From: an uncultured Methanoregulaceae archaeon
GTDB taxonomy: Archaea; Halobacteriota; Methanomicrobia; Methanomicrobiales; Methanospirillaceae
Direction of reading: 5' to 3'
Assembly: GCA_963737635.1 (NCBI GenBank)
Contig: CAVTTL010000001.1
Span: forward strand, 1,216,001-1,280,000
Length of the DNA stretch: 64,000 bases
Within the stretch, counting starts at the first letter, position 1; each line of letters opens with the position of its first letter. The translations under genes and the position numbers were made by a program. The notes under the pieces are model-generated. The model saw nothing but the letters and a program-made list of their open reading frames with translations, did no database searches and was not told the DNA's origin. Below are positions 1 through 10,219 of this stretch, piece by piece.

Positions 1-938
1 GGGCCGACTTCAACCGGCTGGCCGTCGTACATCGGTATGCCAGTGCAGGCTTCCATCTGGGGGTTGACCTTGGTGCCGACCTTAGTGGTTCCACCGATGG
101 GGTACCGGGGCTCCTCAAGTGACACTTCCATCTCACCCATGTACCAGTCCCATGGCCGGACTTCCTTGAACCGCTCGATGTCCCAAGTGGGGCATTCCTC
201 AAGGCTTGAGCTGCCGTAGAATGCGTGGGTTGCCAGGTAGCCCTGGTTGTGGTAACCGAGGGTCTTGGGGAGTGCGACCTTCATGCCGCCAACGTCCACT
301 GACTCGCGTGCCTGGTAGTTCCGGAGGATCGCGATCATGAGATCCATCTGGGCCTTTGCAAGGGGCAGGGCCTCCTTGGCGAGGTCGTACATCTTGATCT
401 TTGCCTGCTCGGAACAGTTCCTGTACATACCACCGACACGGGTGTTTCTCGGGTGGATGCAGTCCCCGCCGGCAATCTGGCCGATGGTCTGACCGATCTC
501 ACGGAGACGCTGGATCCGCTTTGCAACGGTCCGGACGGGCTCTTCTGCCGTGAACGGGTTGATCTTGACCTCGGTGCCTGGTAAGTACAGGTCAGGGAGA
601 ATCAGAATGTCATGCAGTGCAATGCTGTGCAGCCGGTTTGCGAGCTGCAGGATGTGACGGAGCATCTTTGCGTCCTTTGGGATCTCGCACTTTATGGATG
701 CTTCCATCGCTTCGGTAGCCGCAAGGTTGTGGGCAATCGGACAGATACCACAGACACGGGATGCGATCTTCGGCACCTGTTCGGGGGTCTTGCCAACGGC
801 AAGCTTCTCGACGCCCCTCACCGGGGTAATGGAACACCAGTTACCCGTCTCAATGATACCTTGATCGTTAACCTTCAAGACAAGTTTTGAGTGTCCCTCA
901 TGTCTTGTGGTTGGGGAAATCTCTACAACTTTCGACAA
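1..938 (-). CDS. frhA: Coenzyme F420-reducing [NiFe] hydrogenase alpha subunit, 5' part (runs off left edge)
   Basis: Read by hand from a TTG at 938: MSKVVEISPTTRHEGHSK...RGVEK...RVCGICPIAH, which contains the Ni-binding RxCGxC motif. Absent from the ORF track because it is open-ended. Confidence 0.93.
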   Translation of the reverse strand, partial: MSKVVEISPTTRHEGHSKLVLKVNDQGIIETGNWCSITPVRGVEKLAVGKTPEQVPKIASRVCGICPIAHNLAATEAMEASIKCEIPKDAKMLRHILQLANRLHSIALHDILILPDLYLPGTEVKINPFTAEEPVRTVAKRIQRLREIGQTIGQIAGGDCIHPRNTRVGGMYRNCSEQAKIKMYDLAKEALPLAKAQMDLMIAILRNYQARESVDVGGMKVALPKTLGYHNQGYLATHAFYGSSSLEECPTWDIERFKEVRPWDWYMGEMEVSLEEPRYPIGGTTKVGTKVNPQMEACTGIPMYDGQPVEVG

Positions 939-1241
939 TATTATCGCCTCATGTTATGTTGCGTTGTTCGCGTTGCTGTACAAAATTACTCTATACATCT
1001 CTCATCTCTAGAGATAATTGACCGTACAAAGTACGTTCAACTCTATCTACAACGAGCCATTTTATAACGTTTATTGTTTTAATTTCCCGGTTTTCGAAGA
1101 AAAGAAAATAAGGAAAAATCGGTCATTAAAATAAAAACGGCGTGAAAATTACCGTTTTTTCTGCCGGCCGCGCAACAAGGCCAAAAAAAATTAACAATTA
1201 GGTTTTATTTTCGGGTCATTATTATTTTTCCATTTGTATTT

Positions 1242-2240
1242 TTAATCAGATGGCTTCCTTTCGCCATTGAGTTCATCCAGTAATTCCGCAAGCGTAGCCC
1301 TTCGTTCTGCATACGCATCATGCTGGTGGATACTTTCTTCATTGGTCTGCTTGATGGTGACCACAGCATCGCCCGGAAGATAATCAAATCCGGTCAGGAC
1401 TTTTTTTGCCATTTCCCGTACACAGTCTTCCACAAACCGCGGATTTTTATGCGCGGCAAGTACCACCGCACTTTCGTCGCCGCGTTTGAGGAGCTCGTAG
1501 ATACCGGCGCTCATGGACTCCTTGAGGATCCGTATAATTTTTTCAAGGTCAACATGTTGATCGTCGTCAGTCTCGATACAGAGGAATCCCCTGCCCCGCT
1601 GATTGTGGGTAGCCATCGGTACTTCGGCAAAAAACAGGTCGATAGTCTTCTGGTCGACGCCCAGATCTTCAAGGACATGGTTTGCCCGCTCTTTCATGAT
1701 ATTCTGTGCACAGGGACATGCTGTCATCCCCGTGACTTCGGCACCGATGCTTTTGCGGACAATCGGTTCTCGGAAGGTTCTTTTTGCAATTGCGCGTGCA
1801 TGTACTTTAACTACTTCGTGGCAGGTCGTATGGCTTACCGGTGTCTCGCGCTTTACCATGAACTCGCTGCGCATAAGGACCTCAGTACGATCGGCATACT
1901 CGTGACGATCGAGCAGCTTACGGGCTACCGCGCTGCAAAGATTTTCGATCTCGCTGACTTTACCGTCTATTGCCTGTTGAAGAACCTCATCAATTACCTC
2001 AAAATTCCTTGACAGGTTGGCACCTTTCAGGCTGCCGGGCAGGTCAACATAAACATCGAAATTCGAGATAAAAACGACCGGTCTTTTGTCCGGGCGGGTG
2101 ACTTCCACAAGTTTTTTTACATTTTTCACCCCGACCCGTGTCAGGTTGATTCTGACATCAGGTGATGTCGCCTGAACATCGGGCAGTTTCCCGCTGAACG
2201 GCTGGTCCGGGGCCTTATCGACTGCTACGTGATTAATAAG
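1242..2240 (-). CDS. mptA: GTP cyclohydrolase MptA (FolE2 family, methanopterin biosynthesis)
   Basis: Motifs LPDVQ...INLTRVGV, GANLSRNFE, TACPCAQ, THNQRG, ESIHQH. The frame stays open upstream of the ORF-track GTG (2129) to an in-frame TGA at 2241-2243, so the true start is uncertain. Confidence 0.9.
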   Translation of the reverse strand, partial: LINHVAVDKAPDQPFSGKLPDVQATSPDVRINLTRVGVKNVKKLVEVTRPDKRPVVFISNFDVYVDLPGSLKGANLSRNFEVIDEVLQQAIDGKVSEIENLCSAVARKLLDRHEYADRTEVLMRSEFMVKRETPVSHTTCHEVVKVHARAIAKRTFREPIVRKSIGAEVTGMTACPCAQNIMKERANHVLEDLGVDQKTIDLFFAEVPMATHNQRGRGFLCIETDDDQHVDLEKIIRILKESMSAGIYELLKRGDESAVVLAAHKNPRFVEDCVREMAKKVLTGFDYLPGDAVVTIKQTNEESIHQHDAYAERRATLAELLDELNGERKPSD

Positions 2241-2334
2241 TCATCGCATCCCCTGCTGGTTGTGCAAGTGTGCTTTTTTAGTTTTTCCATATAATATTTA
2301 TGTGCTTTGTTGCTGATATCAAAGGGATTACCCT

Positions 2335-3324
2335 ATGATGAAAAAATATTATGAAACCGATGCCGATCTGTCGGTTCTGAAGGGCAAAAAGATCGCCGTG
2401 ATCGGGTACGGTTCGCAGGGACGCGGGCAGTCGCTGAACTTACGGGACAGCGGCCTTGACGTGATCATCGGTCTGCGAAAAGGAAAGAGCTGGGACGCAG
2501 CAGTAAAGGACGGTATGACCGTCCTTTCTGTTGCTGAGGCGGCAAAGAAGGCGGATATTATCCAGATCCTCCTGCCGGATGAACTGCAGGCAGCCGTTTA
2601 CAGGAACGAGATTATGCCCCACCTCACCGAGAACAAGGTCCTGATGTTCTCCCACGGATTCAATATTCATTTTGGCCAGATTCAGCCACCGGCAAATGTC
2701 GATGTGATCATGGTGGCACCCAAGGGTCCGGGCTTTATGGTTCGGCGGCAGTACGAGGAAGGCAAGGGGGTTCCCGCACTTATTGCTATCTATCAGGATC
2801 ACACGGGGAAGGCGCACACGATCGCGCTTGCGTATGCCAAAGGTATCGGTGCGACGCGTGCAGTGGTCCTTGAGACCACCTTCCGCGAGGAGACCGAGAC
2901 GGATCTCTTTGGGGAACAGGTGGTTCTCTGTGGCGGGACTGCGTCGCTTATCAAGGCCGGATTCGAGACGCTTGTCGATGCCGGCTATGCCCCCGAGATG
3001 GCATACCTTGAGGTCTGTCATGAGCTCAAGCTGATAGTCGACCTTATCTACGAAGGTGGCCTCACGAACATGCGCCAGTACGTGAGCAATACGGCGCAGT
3101 ACGGGGACATGACAAGGGGTCCCCGGGTCATCGGGCCTGAAGCCTATGCCGCAATGGAAGAGATTCTTGGCGAGATCCAGAGTGGGGAGTTCGCCAAGGA
3201 ATGGATGCTTGAAAATATGGTCAACCGCCCGGTCTTTACGGCGCTCACCAAAGCCGATGAGGAACATCTCCTCGAAGAGACCGGCAAAGAAGTCCGGGCC
3301 ATGATGCCCCAATTCAGAAAATAA
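2335..3324 (+). CDS. ilvC: Ketol-acid reductoisomerase
   Basis: [37 protein letters not shown] motifs. Confidence 0.97.
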   Translation: MMKKYYETDADLSVLKGKKIAVIGYGSQGRGQSLNLRDSGLDVIIGLRKGKSWDAAVKDGMTVLSVAEAAKKADIIQILLPDELQAAVYRNEIMPHLTENKVLMFSHGFNIHFGQIQPPANVDVIMVAPKGPGFMVRRQYEEGKGVPALIAIYQDHTGKAHTIALAYAKGIGATRAVVLETTFREETETDLFGEQVVLCGGTASLIKAGFETLVDAGYAPEMAYLEVCHELKLIVDLIYEGGLTNMRQYVSNTAQYGDMTRGPRVIGPEAYAAMEEILGEIQSGEFAKEWMLENMVNRPVFTALTKADEEHLLEETGKEVRAMMPQFRK

Positions 3325-3429
3325 CCCGATTCTTTTTTTCCCAATATGTTAATGAAAATCTACGTTGTATCTGTGGATCTTTCTAAAGCATATGAAAAGT
3401 TTTTGGGCATGAGGTACGTTCTACTTTGT

Positions 3430-3921
3430 ATGAAAATCTGCATCATCTATCATTCGGAGACCGGCAATACCCGTCATGTCGCACAGCATATCGCGTCAGT
3501 AACTATCGACAGCCGCCTTGTCGAAGTAACTGACCGGAAAAAACATTCTGTCCTGACTCGTTTTCTTATGCAATGTCAGGCTGCGCGGAGTGAAAACAAG
3601 ACCGAGATCGAGCCGTCGCACCTAGATGTACGGGAATACGATCTTCTGGTATTTGGATCCCCGGTCTGGGCATTCAAGCCAACACCAGCCATCCATACGA
3701 TCATCAATGCGCTTGACAACTGCGAGAAGAAGCGGGCAGTCGCGTTTGTCACCTGTGGCGGCAGGCCCGGCGCGAGCGATGAGGTTTTTAAAAAATGGAT
3801 CGAGAGCCGGGGGATGATCTTTGCGGGATTCAGGTCAATTAACCAGAAGGACATCGAGGACGATGCAGTAAATGCCGATATGGTAGCGTTCGTGACCGCG
3901 GCGGGACCAAAACTGGGCTGA
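3430..3921 (+). CDS. Flavodoxin family protein
   Basis: [13 protein letters not shown]-binding loop; [11 protein letters not shown]. Confidence 0.85.
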   Translation: MKICIIYHSETGNTRHVAQHIASVTIDSRLVEVTDRKKHSVLTRFLMQCQAARSENKTEIEPSHLDVREYDLLVFGSPVWAFKPTPAIHTIINALDNCEKKRAVAFVTCGGRPGASDEVFKKWIESRGMIFAGFRSINQKDIEDDAVNADMVAFVTAAGPKLG

Positions 3922-4000
3922 GGGGATAGAGAAGAGGACAAGTTGTTTTCCAGTGCTGGGAAAGACTTTTGCACCCCCGCATCCTTTATATTATACTGGT

Positions 4001-4615
4001 ATGACGGACTCTTACGATAATCTCTTAAAAAAAGCCTACTCCCATATATCCGAAAAAAGCGCATCTTCGGAACGTTTTGTAGTTCCTGAGGCTAAGGCAT
4101 ATATCGAGGGTAAGACTACAATCCTCGAAAATTTTGCCGAGATCGCCGACAAAGTCCGTCGCGACAAAGATCACTTGATGAAGTACATCCTCGGAGAGCT
4201 GGGTACATCAGGAAAGATCGATGGCACCCGGGCGATATTCAACGGGAAATTCGAAATCTCCCTGTTTCGTACGATCATTAAGAACTACGTCGACGATTAT
4301 GTGATCTGTTCCGAGTGCGGGAAACCTGATACCCGGTTGGTCAAAGACGATCGGATCCTGCTCCTCCGCTGTGATGCCTGCGGTGGTCACCGCCCGGTCC
4401 GGAAACGAAAGGTAAGGACCGAACCGGTATCGGAGAACCTTGAAGAAGGTCAAGTCATGGACGTCGAGATCCAGTCTCTTTCGAAGCGTGGCGATGGCGT
4501 GGTAAAAATGGGGCGTTATATTATGTATGTCGCAAACGCAAAACCCGGCCAGAGCGTGAAGATCAAGATTTCCCGTATATCTGGTTCAATCGTCTTTACC
4601 GAAAGGGCCGAATAA
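4001..4615 (+). CDS. eif2b: Translation initiation factor aIF2 beta subunit with C-terminal TRAM domain
   Basis: ERFVVP, ELGTSG, zinc ribbon CSECGKPDT...CDACG, TRAM-like GDGVVK...VKIKI. Confidence 0.95.
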   Translation: MTDSYDNLLKKAYSHISEKSASSERFVVPEAKAYIEGKTTILENFAEIADKVRRDKDHLMKYILGELGTSGKIDGTRAIFNGKFEISLFRTIIKNYVDDYVICSECGKPDTRLVKDDRILLLRCDACGGHRPVRKRKVRTEPVSENLEEGQVMDVEIQSLSKRGDGVVKMGRYIMYVANAKPGQSVKIKISRISGSIVFTERAE

Positions 4616-4762
4616 ATTCTCATACAGTCCTGCACCTGTCAACTCCGAGGCCATTCTTTTTTCTGACAGGTTTTCTTAATCTGCAGAAAAACCGGGTGCA
4701 GGACCGGGACAAACGTGTTACCTGATAAAAAAGTATTGAAACGGCGCGCTATGCCGAGAATC

Positions 4763-5038
4763 TTACTTTTGTTTTGAAATGCCTTTGATGAGTTCGTCGC
4801 AATTGCCAGAGAGTTTTTTGCAGGCTTTCTTTATAATAGTCAGGGGGTTTTTCTTTGTACTTTTTGTTGTGACCAGCAGTTCAGGGTCCGAGAACTGGAA
4901 CTCTATGGTATATTTTGCGACATCAACGTCAGGGTCTGTCAGAATTTCCTCGACAAGGGCATTCATGAATGTGTGACCCTCACCCTGGATAGTGAGTCGT
5001 GCCCTGTCTTTTTCGAGTTCAAGTACTTTTACAATCAT
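4763..5038 (-). CDS. rpoL: RNA polymerase subunit L (Rpo11)
   Basis: IQGEGHTFMNAL...VDVAKY; 91 aa. Confidence 0.9.
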   Translation of the reverse strand: MIVKVLELEKDRARLTIQGEGHTFMNALVEEILTDPDVDVAKYTIEFQFSDPELLVTTKSTKKNPLTIIKKACKKLSGNCDELIKGISKQK

Positions 5039-5135
5039 GCACCTATGTTTGGGAATCTGTGAACTATTAAAGTATGGGTTTAGGGCGGCATAGGACAACT
5101 TGAAAACACCTCAAGACAACGGAAAGTACCTTCTC

Positions 5136-5858
5136 TCAACTGAATGCAAAGACCTCGCCGTCATGTGCGAGGTGCGGGTACTCCCATGGCATCATATGGC
5201 TGATATGGATGCACCGGAACTCTTTGGGGTGCAGGCTTTCCGCAAGCGTGCAGGCATCGAGATAATTCATGTGCTTGGAAATCGACGTGTGTGAGGGAAC
5301 GAGGGCGTCAAGGAGAAGGAGATCGAGGTTTTCGAGCAATGTGAGGCTTCGGTGCGGAATGTCCCGGTTTGTATCCGAAGTATACGCGACCCGCACCCCG
5401 CATGCCTCAAAAACAAATCCGCAGGTGTACGCCGGTGGGTGTTTTACAATAAACGGCGTGATCGTGATACCGAAGAGATCAAACGGTACATACGGTTCAA
5501 CAGGATTTCGTTTGAAATCAAGGAACCGGAATATCTCCCCGCAGTACCGGAGCACCGGTTCAGCGGCGAAGACCGGTGGGACTTTCTGGATCCGGTAGAA
5601 CTCGCCAAGACCCATGAAATGATCGTAGTGCCCATGGGTCCAGATTATAGCATCGATATGCGGTGAACCAGTCCGGAGAAGCTGCTGCCTGAGGTCCGGT
5701 GAGGTGTCGACAAGGATATGATAGCCTTCATGTTCCACAAGGATGGAGGTCCGTAACCGGCCGGTACCGGTTGTATGCGCATGCCTGCATTGGGGGCAGT
5801 CACACCCTACCTTTGGGGTCCCGATTGCATCCCCGGTGCCAAGCAGTAAAAACTTCAT
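5136..5858 (-). CDS. MBL-fold metallo-hydrolase (PhnP-like)
   Basis: LGTG, CDCPQC, RLRTS, THGHYDH motifs. Confidence 0.9.
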   Translation of the reverse strand: MKFLLLGTGDAIGTPKVGCDCPQCRHAHTTGTGRLRTSILVEHEGYHILVDTSPDLRQQLLRTGSPHIDAIIWTHGHYDHFMGLGEFYRIQKVPPVFAAEPVLRYCGEIFRFLDFKRNPVEPYVPFDLFGITITPFIVKHPPAYTCGFVFEACGVRVAYTSDTNRDIPHRSLTLLENLDLLLLDALVPSHTSISKHMNYLDACTLAESLHPKEFRCIHISHMMPWEYPHLAHDGEVFAFS

Positions 5859-5859
5859 C

Positions 5860-7134
5860 TTACATCCAGTTCAGGTTCCGGATCGCCTCACGGTTCCTGA
5901 TCATACGTATCCCGGTTTCGAGATCTTTATTGTTTATGGCTTCGCGTTTATCCATGAGTGCCGAGAGAAGGGCCTCTTTTACCATCATCCGGATATCTGC
6001 ACCCGAGAACCCTTCCGTCATGGCTGCCATCTCCTGGTAATCGCAGGTACAGGCCATGGACGAGGTGACACTCTTTATGATTTCCCTGCGCATCTCTTCA
6101 TTTGGCATGGAGAATTCCACAACCTCATCGAACCGTCGCCATGCAGCTTCATCGAGGAGTTGCGGGTGATTCGTCGCGCCAATTAAAAGGACGCCGTTTT
6201 TGACAAGGCTGATTCGGTCGATATTTTTTAAGAGTGCGTTGACCGCCCTCTTCATCGCGCCGTGGTCATCGGTAACACGGCTTTTTGCGACAAAATCGAA
6301 CTCGTCGATAAAGAGAATAGAGGGAGAGAGCTTCTTTGCAAGCTCGAAGATCTTATCGATGTTTTTCGACGTCTCACCTAGGTACTGGGATGTAATCATC
6401 GAGAGCCTGACTTCAAGTACCGGCATATGCAGGGAGTGAGACATCGCAAGCGCAAGCGAAGTTTTCCCCGTACCGGGCGGACCGACGAACAGGAGTTTTC
6501 CCACTTCGTAAATACGGTGCCGGTTCAGGAAATCCCGGTGGTACAGCGCATGGTGGATCTTGTTGATAACTTCATTCTGTTCCGGTGAACAGACAAGATC
6601 ATCCATACGCTGTTCGACTTCCTCAGGGGCGCTCAGAATGACAAGATCCAGGGCCCCCCGGAATTTCTCATCCTCACCAATCAACTTAGAAATTTTGGTT
6701 TCGAGACTGGCCTTGGTATCCTCGTAGGGCGGGTTTGCCTTACGCACTTCCTGGTAAGAAATTCCTGTGTTGTCGGTCGATTCGAAGAAAAAGGCCAGGG
6801 CCGGGTTCTGGAGAGCGAGCTGTTTTCCTCCTTGGGCCAGGAACCATTCTGCAGCCGGGCGAAGGGTCGTGACTTTCAGACGCTGTCCGAACTCTTCATA
6901 GCAGACAAACGGGTTCTTTGCAATTTTCTCATGGGCATCTGCGATGTTGAGCGCGCGTCTTACCAGACCGTCGCTGACGTAGACAGGACGCTTAATGCAT
7001 TTGGTATCCCCGGAGCAGAAGATCTCCCGGCAAACCGGAGTCAGATCATTAAGATCAAGGGTAGGGTTCTGGTTGAATATTTCTGCAGTCAGCAGGACTT
7101 CCATGATTCGCAGGCTTTCCAAATCTCCGGACAT
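5860..7134 (-). CDS. AAA+ ATPase
   Basis: Walker A GPPGTGKT, Walker B FIDEFD, ATNHPQLLDEAAWRRFD, GFSGADI. Confidence 0.92.
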   Translation of the reverse strand: MSGDLESLRIMEVLLTAEIFNQNPTLDLNDLTPVCREIFCSGDTKCIKRPVYVSDGLVRRALNIADAHEKIAKNPFVCYEEFGQRLKVTTLRPAAEWFLAQGGKQLALQNPALAFFFESTDNTGISYQEVRKANPPYEDTKASLETKISKLIGEDEKFRGALDLVILSAPEEVEQRMDDLVCSPEQNEVINKIHHALYHRDFLNRHRIYEVGKLLFVGPPGTGKTSLALAMSHSLHMPVLEVRLSMITSQYLGETSKNIDKIFELAKKLSPSILFIDEFDFVAKSRVTDDHGAMKRAVNALLKNIDRISLVKNGVLLIGATNHPQLLDEAAWRRFDEVVEFSMPNEEMRREIIKSVTSSMACTCDYQEMAAMTEGFSGADIRMMVKEALLSALMDKREAINNKDLETGIRMIRNREAIRNLNWM

Positions 7135-7181
7135 GGTTGTAACCTTTATTATTTTACACCTGAATCTTTATACCTATCTTA

Positions 7182-8066
7182 TCACCGGGTCGTAACGATG
7201 CAACCGTCAGCAGTTACGATCAGGGTATGTTCGTGCTGTGAGACGAGCGAGCCGGGAATGTCGGCAAGGACGGGGTACCCGTAGAGGGTCCCGGATCGCA
7301 CGAGGCCGGGGAGCGTCAGGTCCATTTTTTTATCACTCAGCCAGCGCCGGGAGAACGGAAGCCCGTGGCGTTCCCGCACTTTTACCATGGCCGCGCGGGC
7401 AGAAGGGATACGGACCGGTTTTTCTGCGATCTGCGAGTAGATCTCGATCCGGGTCTTTTCCCCCACCCTCCCGCTTCCGGTCGTGGCGAATGGTTCTATT
7501 GCAAAGGCCGTGCCCTCCTCAAGCACCGAACCGCCGTTGATGGCGATGTTGGGAATGGTCGGGTCCCGGTGCTGTACATATTGGTCAAGGCCATGGCCGG
7601 TGAGGTTGGCGATGGGCCGGTATCCCCGGCTTGTAATCTCTTTCTCTACGACTGTCCCGATCTCTCCTGCGGTCACTCCCGGCCTGACCATGTGGATCGC
7701 CGCTTCGAGGGCCTCGCGGGACGCATCAAGGAGGAGCGCGTTGTTCCCGAGGTCGACCGTTGTAGCAGTGTCTGCGATATATCCGTCGATCTGCACCCCG
7801 AGATCGAGCTTGATCACGTCTCCCTTGGCAAAAACCCGCTCGTCACCCGGCGATGCCGTATCGTGCGCTGCATCTTCGTTTAAGGAGACATTGAGGGGGA
7901 AGGCAAGGTCGGCACCATTCTCCCGGACCCGGGCCTCCACGGACTCGACCAGCTCCAGAAAGGAGCGGCCTACCCGGATCTCCTGTGCGCTTTCCCTGAG
8001 GATCGCAGAGGCGAGTTTCCCTGCGGAAATATACTTATCCAGTATGTCGTCTTTCATCTTTTTCAT
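7182..8066 (-). CDS. map: Methionine aminopeptidase type II
   Basis: AFPLNVSLNEDAAH, DGYIADTA, NLTGHG, AIEPFAT, SQHEHT. Confidence 0.96.
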   Translation of the reverse strand: MKKMKDDILDKYISAGKLASAILRESAQEIRVGRSFLELVESVEARVRENGADLAFPLNVSLNEDAAHDTASPGDERVFAKGDVIKLDLGVQIDGYIADTATTVDLGNNALLLDASREALEAAIHMVRPGVTAGEIGTVVEKEITSRGYRPIANLTGHGLDQYVQHRDPTIPNIAINGGSVLEEGTAFAIEPFATTGSGRVGEKTRIEIYSQIAEKPVRIPSARAAMVKVRERHGLPFSRRWLSDKKMDLTLPGLVRSGTLYGYPVLADIPGSLVSQHEHTLIVTADGCIVTTR

Positions 8067-9190
8067 ACGATCAGCGACTCCTCAAATTTTGTGAAATCGG
8101 CAAAGCCTCGTGTACTGACCTCACCCATATTTTCGAGCCGCACACCACCTGTCCGGGATAATAAAGCCCGGGTTCGACCGTAACGACACATCCTGCTTCG
8201 AGCGCCGTTCCTGAAGGCCCTACTGTGGGTAGTTCATGGACCTGGAGCCCGACACCATGGCCGAGGTTATGGATGAACCCCCGGGTATCGCTCTCGTACC
8301 CCCGGCTTTTGAAATAATCTACGACAGCCTGATGTGCTTCCGCGCCTGCTACTCCGGCCTTTATATGTGAGATTCCGATCTGTTGGGCTTCGCGCACCGC
8401 TTCGTACATCTCGGCGATCTTCGGGTCCGGTTTTCCCTTTCGAGACCGTCCGGGTCATATCTGCGTAATAGCCCGTTGTCTCGTCCCGGGGAAACATGTC
8501 GATCACGATAGGCACATGAGGTTTCAGGGGTCCGCTTCCGATAATATGCGGGAATGCTGTATCCTCGCCACACGAGATGATCGTCTCCACCGCACGACAA
8601 CCCTCGTCCATGAGATGTTTATGCATTGCAATTCGTACGAGTTCCGAAGTAAGTGGCGCACCATTATGGTACAGGAGGCCTTTCCGTATCGTTGCATGCC
8701 TGATAAGCGAAATTCCCATGTCCATTGCGTGTTCGGTTTTTTTCTGGACCTCCTGCATAAGCCGGATCTCTTCAGGTGTCTTTTTTGCCCGTACTTTCTC
8801 GACCGTCCCTTCGTCCACGATCACCTGGCCCTGCTCCTCAAGCCCTCTCATAAGCGCCGCAGGGAGTGAGGGTGAGACAAGCAGGATCTTTCCAGTTTGT
8901 CCCGCGATCATCTGTGCGATCGCTTTCCATGGGTTTTTCTCTTTTTTCATGATATCGGGGAGCCCTGCCTGCGTGCGTGTCATAACCGCAGCAACCGACT
9001 CGCGGGAAGCTCTCTCGGCTTCCATCTGGGGAACGATAATGGTGCCTGGCTGCCTGCGTCTCTTAAAAAAGACAAAGGAGTCATGCATCACGAACCTGGT
9101 GAGGTAGCGCATATCGGCATCCTCCCCGGTGGCATAGTGCACAAAGGCATCTGCCTCGCACTTTTTCATGGCAGCGTCCAGTGGATCCAT
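8063..9190 (-). CDS. Xaa-Pro aminopeptidase (M24B); two apparent frameshifts near 8430 and 8150
   Basis: RAKKTPEEI, GYYADMTRT in one frame; HNLGHGVGLQVHELP, TVEPGLYYPG in the next; the last frame ends DFTKFEESLIV-TGA overlapping the map ATG. Confidence 0.85.
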
Positions 9191-9248
9191 TCCCGTACAT
9201 CTATGCACTGAAACGTCAAGTACTTTTATTCCCACATTCAACGTACGA

Positions 9249-9476
9249 ATGATGGACGAAACTGCAAAAGAACAGTTCAAGTGGAAATTCTACCGGCTGG
9301 CAGTCCAGCTCAACGCGATTGTCCTGCTTGTGGCGTTTTCGGTACTTTCGTATTTCCTTGTCCCAGCCCCGTACCGCCTTCCTGCTATACTCATAATGCT
9401 TGTCATCGCCCTCGTTCTTTCCTGGAACTTTGTCACCAGCTACCGTTTGACCAAGGCATGGCTTGATGAACATTGA
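9249..9476 (+). CDS. Small two-TM membrane protein, hypothetical
   Basis: 75 aa with two hydrophobic stretches; follows a TTTTATT promoter-like element. Confidence 0.65.
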   Translation: MMDETAKEQFKWKFYRLAVQLNAIVLLVAFSVLSYFLVPAPYRLPAILIMLVIALVLSWNFVTSYRLTKAWLDEH

Positions 9477-9523
9477 AGTAAAGGTATATACCGGGGGAGC
9501 GGGGATAGTTCCGCGGCGATCGC

Positions 9524-9808
9524 ATGCTCGAGAGGATGAAGGAGGAAATCGAACTCCTCAGCCGGCATATCGAAGTGGCCCGGACCGTGGCAGAGTACCA
9601 GCCGATCGGGATCATGAAACTTTCCGAGATCCTCGGTCTGCCGACCCACAGGATACGATATTCCCTCCACGTACTTGAGCAGCTTGGCTATATCCGCGCG
9701 TCACCGGAAGGAGCAGTTGCCACCGGGCAAACCCGGGAACTCTTCGCGCACTTAAACGAGGACCTGGACGATATTGTCCGTCTCGTAAACGCGATGAAAA
9801 GGCCCTGA
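9524..9808 (+). CDS. Winged-helix DNA-binding protein
   Basis: PIGIMKLSEILGLPTHRIRYSLHVLEQLGYI HTH pattern. Confidence 0.8.
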   Translation: MLERMKEEIELLSRHIEVARTVAEYQPIGIMKLSEILGLPTHRIRYSLHVLEQLGYIRASPEGAVATGQTRELFAHLNEDLDDIVRLVNAMKRP

Positions 9809-9940
9809 CCGGCAATTCCGCTGCAGCGTTCGCTTGCATGGTATCAGCTCAGTCATCCCTGCTGACCAGTCCGTCTCATCCCTTCCTTCGTTACCTTTAA
9901 AAAGGCCTACAAAGAATCTATAAAGGCGCAGGAAACTGTT

Positions 9941-10013
9941 GCCGCCATAACTCAGTTGGTAGAGTGGCTGGCTGTTAACCAGCATGTCACAGGTTCGAGT
10001 CCTGTTGGCGGCG
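9941..10013 (+). tRNA. tRNA-Asn(GTT)
   Basis: Acceptor GCCGCCA/TGGCGGC; anticodon arm CTGG CT GTT AA CCAG; GGTTCGAGTCC T-arm. Confidence 0.96.
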
Positions 10014-10018
10014 CTTAT

Positions 10019-10094
10019 GGGCCTGTAGCTCAGTTCCGGTTAGAGCGCCCGGCTCATAACCGGGCGGTCATGCGTTCGAATCGCATCAGGCCCA
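10019..10094 (+). tRNA. tRNA with CAT anticodon, probably tRNA-Ile2 (agmatidine type)
   Basis: GGGCCTG/CAGGCCC acceptor; CCCGG CT CAT AA CCGGG; body closely resembles the tRNA-Ile(GAT) at 18399-18472. Confidence 0.92.
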
Positions 10095-10219
10095 TTCCTT
10101 TCCTAGCCTTTTCGTTAGATTTTATTCTTCGATCGTCACTTCTGTTTTCCGCAAACGTTTCGAAGTTGCCTTGAGGTTATTTGGCAAAGTTTCTATGGCT
10201 GGAGAAACCAGCAACCTCT

